DNA of 35,666 nucleotides from the NCBI RefSeq assembly GCF_001194135.2, contig NC_068984.1, forward strand, positions 94,627,053 to 94,662,718. Reading direction: 5' to 3'. The position numbers and the translations under genes were made by a program. Position 1 is the stretch's first letter; every line of letters starts with the position of its first letter. Shown here one piece after another: positions 1-9,779 of the stretch. This DNA comes from Octopus bimaculoides. Lineage: Eukaryota. The notes under the pieces are model-generated. The model saw nothing but the letters and a program-made list of their open reading frames with translations, was not told where the DNA came from and did not search any database.

Positions 1-369
1 ATTCCCATGCTTTCCCTGATGAGAAGGTTACAATTTTAATATCAAAGATCCCTATGGATCACACAGGCTGTAATCCTTTGAAACATATGTAGGAATAAAG
101 TATGCAATTATAACTTGCATTTTCTCCAATCCTTAAATTCTTAAATATACTCAAATACCCAAAATTTCAAAGAGTTCCTGCCTTAAAAACAGGAGCTAAC
201 CACAGTTATTTTGTGTTCTTTGCTACATTGGTTTCTATCAGAAGAATTTTTATTCATTAAGATAGAAGAAATACACATAATTATATATATATATATATAT
301 CACCAATACTGGCACTTGTGGTGCCAGTTGAACCAGTAATTACTGTCTGGTTTTCCAATGCAGAAAATA

Positions 370-495
370 CTGGCTAATACAGCAGCCACTGGGGTTTTTG
401 TATTTGTATCTGCAGTTGGTTGCCGGAATAGCAGCTGCTGGGGTATTTGTATCTGTGGCTGGTGGCCAGAATAGTAGCCGCTGGGGTTCTGAGGG
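370..495. repeat. Degenerate 42-48 bp minisatellite, about 2.5 units
   Basis: Recurring CTGGG(G)...TATTTGTATCTG...TGG(T)GCC(G/A)GAATAG(C/T)AGC unit read directly from the sequence. Confidence 0.55.
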
Positions 496-590
496 TTAAG
501 TGATTTAAAACTGCAAGAATATTTCTTTGTCTTTTAGAATAACATCTCATCTAGCAAGTTAACATGATGAATGAATAATGGCAGGAGTAA

Positions 591-905
591 GATATTATCT
601 TTTACTTGTTTCAGTTCTTAGACTGTGGCCATGCTGGACAAAACCTTGAAGAAATTTTAGTTTAAGGAATTGACCCCAGTACTTTTATTTTTTAAAGCCT
701 GGTGCTTATTCTATTGGCCCCTTTAGCTGAACCACTAGGTTACAAGGATGTACATACGATGGGCTTCTTTCAGTTTCCATCTATCAAATCCATTCACAAG
801 ACGTTGGTCAACCTGAGGCTTTGGTGGAAAATAATTGCCGATGGTGCCATGCAGTGGGACTGAACCTGGAACCATGTGTTTGGGAAGCCACACAGCTACA
901 GGCAG
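591..905 (-). mobile_element. tRNA-derived SINE, decayed
   Basis: Minus strand has A-box-like TAGCTGTGTGG and B-box-like GGTTCAGTCCC (856-866), a body homologous to the copy at 15646, and a 3' end CCAGCATGGCCACAGTC...CTGAAACAAGTAAAAGAT. Confidence 0.75.
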
Positions 906-1557
906 CATGTTACGTCTAAGAAGTGAAACAACAATGCTACAATCAGAATTCCACACAACAATGAATATGTACAGGGAAAGAACAAAAGCTAGTAACATGA
1001 TGTATTAAGTAGCCCAAAGAGTTGTATAAAATAATTAATCAGTAATGGCATAGAATACCTTGTAATTAGATGACCATTAGAACTGTTTTATGATCAACTC
1101 TTCGACAAGGAACACAAGTATGGAAATGGAAATTATCTATAGTTGTGTCTGAAATCTGTCAAAAAAGCCATATTTAAATGCCTCAAAATTAACCAATGAA
1201 TTAAGCAAATGAAGTTATTTTTAGGCTGTGTCATTGTTAACCTATTACCTTCCATAATTCTATTTAACTGGAATTTTTTTATGAAACTTTGATTTCTAGC
1301 ATAAAACAGCCTTAGAAACATGCTGGAATGATCAAAATAACATTTCAAAATAACATTTTAAATAGAAATAAGCGAGATATTGGGTGAAAAATTAGCAAAC
1401 CTCATTTGAATATCAGAGAAATATACCTAGTAGATATAGCAAAAAGGTTATATATGTGTAAATATTGACAGATAATTACGAAATTTGTAATTTTTAAGTG
1501 ATCTCATATGAGATCACTGGTAGGTAATGGGTTAATGAATGTTGTGTTTCTACTATT

Positions 1558-1815
1558 GTGATGGCACCTGTGCCCAGCGTCGCCTTTCTGGCACTTGTGC
1601 CCGCGGCATGTGTAAAGACTTTCGAGCGAAATTGTTGCCAGTGCCCCTAGACTGGCTCTTGTGCGGGTGGCACATAAAATACACCATTTTGAGTGTGGCT
1701 GTTGCCAGTACTGCCTGACTGGCCTTCGTGCCGATGGTACGTAAAAGCACCCACTACACTCTCTGAGTGGTTGGCATTAGGAAGGGTATCCAGCTGTAGA
1801 AACTCTGCTAAATGC
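1558..1815 (+). mobile_element. Partial copy of the RTE-tailed repeat (RTE LINE 3' region or RTE-dependent non-autonomous element)
   Basis: Collinear and highly similar to 2048-2300 but stops before the (GAT)n tail. Confidence 0.75.
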
Positions 1816-1886
1816 TGTGCGTGGGAAGACCCGGCAAGCCAAGTGAGACCTAAATCTAAGGTCTCAGTCAGTCCACTTATGTGTAC

Positions 1887-2404
1887 CTTCCTTCATTGGA
1901 CACTAAACTCCACTTGCGAAGACCTGTTGAGGCAAGTGAAATCGAAATCGAGTTAAATTCGACGACTGGCACCCACGCCAACGTCGTCTCCTTCATTGGA
2001 CACGAAACTCAGCTTGTGAAGACTTATTGGGGAAAACGAAATTGTGAAGGCACCTGTGCCCAGTGTCACCTTTCTGGCACTTGTGCCCGCGGCATGTGTA
2101 AGGACTTTTGAGAGAGATCATCGCCAGTGCCCCTGGACTGGCTCTAGTGCGGGTGGCACATAAAATACACCATTTTGAGCGTGGCCATTGCCAGTACCGC
2201 CTGACTGGCCTTCGTGCCGGTGGCACATAAAAAGCACCCACTACACTCTCTGAGTGGTTGGCGTTAGGAAGGGCATCCAGCTGTAGAAACTCTGCCAAAT
2301 CAGATTGGAGCCTGGTGTAGCCATCTGGTTTCACCAGTCCTCAGTCAAATCGTCCAACCCATGCTAGCATGGAAAGCGGACGTTAAACGACGATGATGAT
2401 GATG
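1887..2404 (+). mobile_element. RTE-tailed repeat, copy A
   Basis: Ends CAACCCATGCTAGCATGGAAAGCGGACGTTAAACGAC(GAT)n, a short-tandem-repeat tail of the kind seen at RTE-clade 3' ends; homologous to 10314-10612, which lies 3' of an RTE coding fragment. Confidence 0.75.
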
Positions 2405-2414
2405 NNNNNNNNNN

Positions 2415-2937
2415 CTTCCTTCATTGGACACTAAACTCCACTTGCGAAGACCTGTTGAGGCAAGTGAAATCGAAATCGAGTTAAATTCGACGACTGGCAC
2501 CCACGCCAACGTCGTCTCCTTCATTGGACACGAAACTCAGCTTGTGAAGACTTATTGGGGAAAACGAAATTGTGAAGGCACCTGTGCCCAGTGTCACCTT
2601 TCTGGCACTTGTGCCCGCGGCATGTGTAAGGACTTTCGAGCGAGATCGTTGCCAGTGCCCCTGGACTGGCTCTAGTGCGGGTGGCACATAAAATACACCA
2701 TTTTGAGCGTGGCCATTGCCAGTACCGCCTGACTGGCCTTCGTGCCGGTGGCACATAAAAAGCACCCACTACACTCTCTGAGTGGTTGGCGTTAGGAAGG
2801 GCATCCAGCTGTAGAAACTCTGCCAAATCAGATTGGAGCCTGGTGTAGCCATCTGGTTTCACCAGTCCTCAGTCAAATCGTCCAACCCATGCTAGCATGG
2901 AAAGCGGACGTTAAACGACGATGATGATGATGATGAT
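2415..2937 (+). mobile_element. RTE-tailed repeat, copy B (near-identical to copy A across a 10-N gap)
   Basis: Offset of 528 bp from copy A (ORFs 1993..2334 and 2521..2862 are near-identical); same (GAT)n tail. Confidence 0.75.
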
Positions 2938-3163
2938 ATATGTAAATATACACACATTCATGTTACTTTGTCTTTTAACATGCTAGTTTGTGTTTTAAAC
3001 CCGTTTACATCATAGGATGTAAACAGGTTTAAAACATACTTATTCTGTTATTGACTTCTGCAGACAATATTGCAAGTGCTGCATTTGATTGTTATTTGAA
3101 TCTTTCTCATTATATTCGTATGAAAATATTTTACAGTCCTACATTTCCTATATATATTTTCAG

Positions 3164-3213
3164 TTGTAATTGAAAAAGCTTATTTTGATAACAATTGTAT
3201 TAGGACACATCAA
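3164..3213 (+). CDS. Putative host-gene exon a (phase 1 to 0): VIEKAYFDNNCIRTHQ
   Basis: Acceptor tatattttcag, donor CAA|gtaaac, open frame, phase matches the next exon across a 136-bp intron. Confidence 0.45.
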
Positions 3214-3349
3214 GTAAACACATGGCAACAGCAAAACACTACTGACAAAACAATTCCATATGATTCATACTGTAACATATCTTCTTACAGCTTCAGTACA
3301 TAATCTCAGTTGAAATCTAGTAAACATGTGCATACTTTCCTTCTTGTAG

Positions 3350-3508
3350 CATCCTGCTGAAAAATCTCGTCCATTACCACCACCACCAGTCATTGATATA
3401 AGTAATAGTGAACCTCAGAACACAAATAGCTGTGTTCCTCGATTATCATCAAGTTCATCAAGTTCAAAAGAGTGCAGTTCTAATCTTGGTGAAGGTGAAG
3501 CTCCAAAG
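3350..3508 (+). CDS. Putative host-gene exon b (phase 0 to 0): HPAEKSRPLPPPPVIDISNSEPQNTNSCVPRLSSSSSSSKECSSNLGEGEAPK
   Basis: Acceptor tttccttcttgtag, donor AAG|gtaaag, 159 bp open frame. Confidence 0.7.
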
Positions 3509-3562
3509 GTAAAGTTTGTGGTATATTTGTAATTCACTTTGTTCACTAGTCATATTTTAATC

Positions 3563-3830
3563 CCATCATCATCATCATACGTCTGTTTTCCATACTGGCA
3601 TGGTTTCTGTGGTTGGATGCCCATCTTAAAGCCACCCACTTTATAGAATATACTAGGTGCTTTTTTTGTGGCACCAGCACCAGTAAGGTCACCTTGTTGC
3701 AAAATAAAGTCCACTCAACTGGGGTGAGGTAACATTTCAGAAGGTGGCTTTGTGCCAATTGATGAGAGGTTAAAAGAATAATAGGGGATAGAGACAGGTG
3801 TCTTGCTGTAGAAGAGTTACAAGAATATCC
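3563..3830 (-). mobile_element. Old RTE-tailed repeat fragment
   Basis: (CAT)n followed by a degenerate cgtctgttttccatactggcatgg...ggatgccc, the reverse complement of the RTE-type tail. Confidence 0.55.
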
Positions 3831-4079
3831 CTATTGGAGAAGAAAGGGAAGAAAGATAGAGATGGAGAGAGAGATAGTGGTGGGTTTGTGTCAGGATATA
3901 CACTTAAGGCACAGTGGGGAGGGGGAATATAGGTGAAGTCTTACAGAAGATTGGACTGGGCAAAGGAGAAAGTTTTATAAGAATGTGTGGAGGGATGGTT
4001 AGATGGGATAGAGGTGACTGAAGTAATTGATGGTGTGAAATATAGGTGTGACTCAGTGGAGGTTCATGTTGAAATTTGT

Positions 4080-4300
4080 TGCCTATATAATTATTTCTAA
4101 CTGTAATTGCTTCTATCTTCCTTACCTGTGTAGCAGTTGCTACATCAGTCATTGGAGATGCCATCTTCTTGAATAACCTGATTAACTATATTTGTGGCTA
4201 AACTATATCCTACTCTACCAGATATTTTAAGTTTCTCAGCAGCAACTCCTGATGGGCCACGCACTTTCTTTGTCTTCATATTCTTAATTGCCTTATCCAT
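4080..4300 (-). pseudogene. RTE-clade LINE reverse transcriptase N-terminal fragment (left of the Gypsy insertion)
   Basis: Minus translation MDKAIKNMKTKKVRGPSGVAAEKLKISGRVGYSLATNIVNQVIQEDGISND*, matching the KA-GPSG..AE.LK motif of RTE RTs; continues at 9219-9318. Confidence 0.75.
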
Positions 4301-4792
4301 CTTTAATAGTTTGAGATGTGTATTTGTGATAGCAATGTATTAAGGAAACAAAACATGCATGCATGTATCGTTCATGAATATTGTTTCACGGAGAGCAAGC
4401 AATAAATTCAGGCGATACAGATATTTAGCGAAGATGATTTATTCATTGTAAAATGCCATAGCATCTTGGTATGTAAACTTACAAGCTCTGAGTGTGTGAA
4501 TTCATTATCAAATGGTACCTACTGTGAGACAGGCATCGTGACACCAGGTGTAGGGTGCTGAAACAAAGAAAGAGAGCTATCAGTCTTAGCTGTGGGCAGT
4601 TGGCAAGCTCACTGCCCAAAGGAAAAAGAGGCTGAGTCCTGTCATTCGGGCTTCTTATATGCCTTTCACAACTTCCATTATCTGTAAGGGCTGTTGTGTT
4701 TTGCACATGAGTCATGGCTGCCTGCTGTGCCCCTTCCAGGCTTTTATGTTTAGCCCTGAGACAATCCAAGCAGGGATGATGGACATGCTACA
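4301..4792 (-). repeat. 3' LTR of Gypsy-1
   Basis: Direct repeat of 8721-9218; minus strand begins TGTAGCA, preceded by the purine-rich AAGGGAGTC (4793-4801). Confidence 0.92.
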
Positions 4793-4976
4793 GACTCCCT
4801 TGGCAGCTGTGAATTTATGGCAAAACATACCAGGAGCCTTTACGGTACAAAATAATAAACCAAAGGAAATGTAATATGTAACAATACAATAATGAAAATA
4901 GGGTGCAGACACAACAATGAAAATAGCATACATAAACAATGAAAACAAAATATGTAAAAGTTCATTCAATGTTCCT

Positions 4977-6050
4977 TTAGATGTGGTAAGTCTGAGTCAA
5001 TTTTTGTGGCCAATGCACTTTTTGTACGCTACTAGTAGTTACGGATGGCAAATTTGAAGTTTGTTGTGCAGTGTATGCATTATGTGTAATGGGAGTGGGA
5101 ACAGTTGTGTCTATGTAAGCCTTTTTCAGTCTATCCACACTGACAGTGTCTTTCACACCTTTATAGTCAATAGTGGCAAATTTTTCTGAATGGGATGAAA
5201 CTTGGCAAGGTCCTTGGTATGGAGGGGTTAACAGATGGCTAACCGCATCATTTCTCATGAAACCATGAGTCCAGGATGATATGTCTGCAGGAACATAGGT
5301 TTTAATGGATTGCTGTCTTGTGTTGTTGGGAGGCAAGGTCTCCATGTAATGTCTAAGACAATCCATGTAGCTTGTGTAATCTTTTGAATGCAAAGAAACT
5401 GGAGTGATCATTTGACCAGGTAATGATAAAGGTGATCCATTCAACAATTGGTAATCCATAAAGGTGATCCATACAACAATGTCTGCTTTGACAGCAAAAC
5501 TAAGACCAAAAAGAAAAACGGGCAAATATTCTGTCTATTTCTGTGGGTCAGGATATGCACACAGAGATGCTTTTAATTGGCAATGGAATCACTCAACGCA
5601 TCCATTTGAGACAGGATGGTAGCTCATGTGTAGCTGTATCTTGATCCTAAGATTTTTGTCAGATCATGGAAAAGATGTGATTCAAATTGTCAACCTCTGT
5701 CAGTTGTAATTGTTGCAGGTGTACCAAAATGAGAAATCCAACCTGATATGAGCGCCTGAGTGACAGTTGGTGATGATATATGTGGATATGCTGGAAATGT
5801 GCATCAAGATTGGTGAATGTTCCCAGTGGTGCTTTGATGTGCCTGGAACCTTCATTTTCTGGCAAGGCAGGCACTTCCTGGCCCAGTTGGTGATGTCTTG
5901 TCTCATGTTGGGCCAGATGAAGCAAGTTGAAATTAGCTTCAAAGTGGCAGCAATGACAGGATGTGAGATGTTATATAGTGCAGAAAACACTCACTATCTA
6001 TGGTTCTCGGGCACAAATGGATGAGGGTAATTGGTAGAGATGCCGCAAAG
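4977..6050 (-). pseudogene. Gypsy-1 integrase remnants (HHCC zinc domain and GPY/F C-terminus; core largely missing)
   Basis: HPVIAATLKLISTCFIWPNMRQDITNWARKCLPCQKMKV (ORF 5700..5990) and PYQGPCQV...DTVSVDRLKKAY (ORF 4977..5525). Confidence 0.85.
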
Positions 6051-6215
6051 AATCTCAGAGTTGGAAGTTGTTACAGGTAGGCCTTGAAGGTCAAGGGAGA
6101 GAACTCTGGTTTGCTGTTATCTATGTCCTCTGCTCATGGTTGATCTTTTGCCATGGCAACCAAATCAATCTCAGTAGGTGGGAATATGGAGTCGATAGAC
6201 AAACGAGACAAAGCA

Positions 6216-7400
6216 TCAACAGTGATATTCTCTTTTCCAAGAATGTGTCACATATTGCTGGTGAATTGGGAAATGAAATCTAAGTAACATATCTTGAGGT
6301 GAGAATTTGTTGAGCTTGCATTTCAAAGCAAAAGATAGCAGTTTGTGATCAGTGTAAATTGTGAAATTCCTGCTTTCCAGCACGTGCTGGAAATGTTTTA
6401 CTGTGAGGTAGATGGCGATCAGTTCACAACTGAAAGTACTGTAATGAACCTGGACTGGATTGAGCCGTTTTGAAAAGAACACAAGAGGTTTCCATTTGGA
6501 ACCACACTGTGGGTGTAACACAGAACCAACAGCAAGGTCCAAAGCATCTACAGACAATGACAGCTTTGCATCAGGAGCCAGATAGGTCAGTATAAAGACG
6601 TGTGATAAACTCTGTTTGATATCCTGAAAGGCTTTGGTCTGGGTAGAAGTGAATGAGACAGGTTCATTTGTTTTCTTTCTGTTTTGCAACATATCTGTAA
6701 GGGGTGCCAATATTTGCACACAGTTAGGAATAAAATGTCTGTAAAAATTTAGGAGGCCTAGAAAATGATGGAGTTGATGCAGTGAAGTAGGTAAAGAAAT
6801 CTTTTCGACTGCATCGACTTTTTTGGCTAAAGGCCTGATTCCGATTTTGTCGATGGTGTGTCCCAGGAAGGTAAGGAAGCTCTGAAAACACATTTTGTAA
6901 CATTCATCCAGGTATTATGCTGTGACAAATGAGCAAATAGCTGTTGTAGATGACTTTCATGTTCTGCTTCTGATGAACTGGCAATGAGGAGATCATTGAT
7001 GTATGCATATACAAAATGGAGATCACAGCTGACTTCATCTATGAAGCATTAGAAAGAGCTCGCAGCATTCATAATCCAAATGGCATTGTTAAATACTCGA
7101 TAGCTCCAATGGGAGTGGTTACAGCAGCTTTTGGAATGTCAGTAGGGTGGATAGGTCTTTGTGATATGCACGGACAAGATCTAGTTTTAAAAAAATAGTA
7201 CTGCTGTGTAGCATTGTTGTGAAATCCTGGAAGGGTGGAATGGGAAACCAGTCTGGTACTGTGATGGTATTCAGTTGTTTATAGTCCCTGCAGGGTCTCC
7301 AGTTGGCAGATGATTTCTTCGGTATCATGTTTAATGGAGAAGCCCAGCTACTGGAAGAAGGACGTACAATTCTGAGCTGTAACATGTTCAAACTCCATTT
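6216..7400 (-). pseudogene. Gypsy-1 reverse transcriptase and RNase H remnants
   Basis: SSSSWASPLNMIPKK..WRPCRDYKQLN..LDLVRAYH, a YAYIND variant of YIDD near 6995-7010, FLGHTI, DALDLAVGSVL, YSTFSCELIAIY, FTIYTDHK. Confidence 0.9.
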
Positions 7401-8640
7401 TTGTGGTCTTAAGTTTTTCTGCTAACAAACATATTAGGGGAGAAAAGACAGGAGAGCTTGTGGTTGAAATGTGGTGCTCTATTGAGTGTGGGTTGTCTTT
7501 TCTATAGGACATGAGTTTTGGTAACTCTGGGAACAACTGCAACAATGAGTGGTATTTGTTGACAGCAGCAGCAACATAGAAAACCAGGCTGACTGTGGAA
7601 ACAAAAGAGTCAGTGCCACATACACTGAGTTGCATCTTGCTGTCAATCAGTTGCCTGTTCTTCAGGTTGACCAGCAAGGAAAAATAGGAAAGGAACTCTG
7701 CCCCAAGAATCGGGTATGGCAGGTCAGTAACCAGAAAAACCCACTGGAAGCATCATCTGAGTTGTAGATTTAAGGTGAGAAAAATTTTGCTATATATTAT
7801 GATAGGTGAATGGTTGACTGCTTGCAAGGTAGTGGCTGAAGGAAAAGTTTTTCTATGAGTTTATTTAGCTGGCTAGATACTACTTGCGGCTCCTGAGTCA
7901 ACCAGGAAGCTTTTCTGCGAAATTTCATCTTTAATAAGAATTGCACAACTTGGTGGGGTGATACCAGAAATAGTAGCTGTGCTTACTGCTCCATTCTGAT
8001 GTTTCCCTAGGTGTTATATGAGCAAGGTGGTGTGCATTTCCTTGCCTTGGCACCAAAATTGGTATGGTACCAACATACAGCTGATTACCAATGTACTGAT
8101 GTCTGGATAGAGATCTTGAGCAAGATCGGCATCTTGCAAGTGGGACTGTGTTCCTTTCTAAACAGAGGTTGTGAACTTCCACTACCAAGTCTTCAATTGT
8201 TTCTTCTGTGGTGCAACGAAAATCCTGGAACAAGGATGCTATGGCCACTATAGTAGTGGAAGCAAAAGGAGGTGTCGTCAGAGTGGTTATCTCCATTATT
8301 TTATCTGCTGATGTCACCAATTGTTCAATGGTACTGATGTCGCAGGTAGATAAGAAAAATATAGCTGTTTGAGAAAACCACTCTATAATGAATTGTCTTC
8401 TGCAAGCTGGTGCATTCTGCCTAGTAGTTGTTGGATTTGTAATTATATCCCAAACTTCACTTGTGAGAGCAGGTGGTAAAATGCTTATCAGGAGATGCAA
8501 ACACTATGTTTTGGATGACATGTGGTTTGCTGCAAAGTAGGATTCCATTTGGGCAAACCAAACAGAAATGTCTCTGGTGAAAATAGGTACAGGTGGATGA
8601 GAAACAGCAGCTACTGGAGGTGACGCTGTTGTTACTTACC
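7400..8640 (-). pseudogene. Gypsy-1 gag and aspartic protease remnants
   Basis: ORF 7931..8500 (ILPPALTSEVWDII...LVTSADKIME) parallels the gag of the second Gypsy (ORF 23880..24629); ORF 7348..7677 is the PR-RT linker. Confidence 0.75.
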
Positions 8641-8702
8641 GCATGTGTGAGTCTGCTGTTATGATGCTCTGTACTGCCATGTGAGAAATACTTTGCTTTT
8701 GT

Positions 8703-8720
8703 CCAATTTCAGGTTCACCA
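8703..8720 (-). promoter_or_regulatory. Primer binding site of Gypsy-1
   Basis: Minus-strand TGGTGAACCTGAAATTGG immediately after the 5' LTR; TGG complements the tRNA CCA end; primer tRNA not assigned. Confidence 0.75.
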
Positions 8721-9218
8721 CTTTAATAGTTTGTGATGTATATTTGTGATGGTGAGGGTGGAATATTAGGGAATCAAGATAGGCATGCATGTATCGTTCA
8801 TGAATATCTTTTTGCGGAGAGAAAGCAATAAATTCAGGCAATACAAATGTTTAGCGAAGATGATTTATTCATTGTAAAATGCCATAGCATCTTGGTATAT
8901 AAACTTACAAACTCTGAGTGTGTGAATTCATTATCAAATGGTACTTACTGTGGGACAGGCATCGTGACACCAGGTGTAGGGCACTGAAACAAAGAAAGAG
9001 AGCTATCAGTCTTAGTTGTGGGCAATTGGCAAGCTAACTGCCCAAAGGAAAAAGAGGCTGAGTCCTATCAGTCGGGCTCCTTATATGCCTTTCACAACTT
9101 CCATTATCTGTAAGGGCTGTTGTGTTTTGCGCATGAGTCATAGCTGCCTGCTGTGTCCCTTCCAGGCTTTTATGTTTAGCCCTGAGACAATCCAAGCAGG
9201 GATGACAGGTGTGCTACA
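8721..9218 (-). repeat. 5' LTR of Gypsy-1
   Basis: Direct repeat of 4301-4792; about 28 differences over about 435 well-aligned bp by manual count, plus a more divergent ~30-bp block. Confidence 0.92.
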
Positions 9219-9318
9219 TATCAATAGCTGGTCCCTCTGTTGAGTTTATATTGGGAAGACTCCTTTTCTCCCATACTTTCTCCACATTTAATAACTTTTC
9301 ATAGTAGCACTTTTCAGA
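9219..9318 (-). pseudogene. RTE-clade LINE fragment (right of the Gypsy insertion)
   Basis: KCYYEKLLNVEKVWEKRSLPNINSTEGPAID, the region that precedes ..DKAIK.MK in RTE ORFs. Confidence 0.7.
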
Positions 9319-9319
9319 A

Positions 9320-9700
9320 TCACTAAATGCAAGAATACCACCAAATCTCACGTCACGTTTTGAGAGAAAATACTATACCAGTGTGGAATGTGGAAGATAT
9401 CACCCACATCATCAGCATCTGCCCCAAAATGTTCACAAGATACTACATATCCCTGAGGCATAATATAGTTGAAAAGACTATTTACAATGCTATATGCAGG
9501 AAGGATTGCCCTGATGTTTTCATCAAATGCATGTCAAAACCAGGATGTATTGACACCTTTAAAAACACAGAATACTGTTGGAACACTCCAGCAAAAACAA
9601 CAGTTTGGTGCAAACACAACATCGCTGATATTACTAAACATTATTAAATAGAAGCAACCTATATGGAAGAAAAAAGCTTGAAGAAAACATTGACAATCTG
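9320..9700 (+). pseudogene. R4/Dong-type non-LTR element fragment (zinc knuckle and start of RLE domain)
   Basis: VEDITHIISICPKMFTRYYISLRHNIVEKTIYNAI...KHNIADI (ORF 9327..9647): CCHC remnant, RHN, and a degenerate PD motif. Confidence 0.7.
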
Positions 9701-9779
9701 TGCTACCATATTAGATCGTTAACCACAATAATAAAATGCAAGAGGAATAAGTTCACACCTCATCTATTACATCTCATAC

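Larger units (their letters stand above)
4301..9218 (-). mobile_element. Ty3/Gypsy LTR retrotransposon, near full length, decayed
   Basis: Two ~495-bp LTRs, PBS, purine tract, and gag-PR-RT-RNaseH-IN order on the minus strand with many stops and frameshifts. Confidence 0.95.

Noticed and set aside
1993-2862. Duplicated 113-aa protein-coding gene
   Set aside because: Antisense ORFs of the RTE-tailed repeat; the homologous copy at 10387 diverges in frame, and there are no splice or domain features
3064-3117. Extra upstream exon DNIASAAFDCYLNLSHYI
   Set aside because: Phases fit but it needs a 46-bp intron, which is implausibly short without transcript evidence
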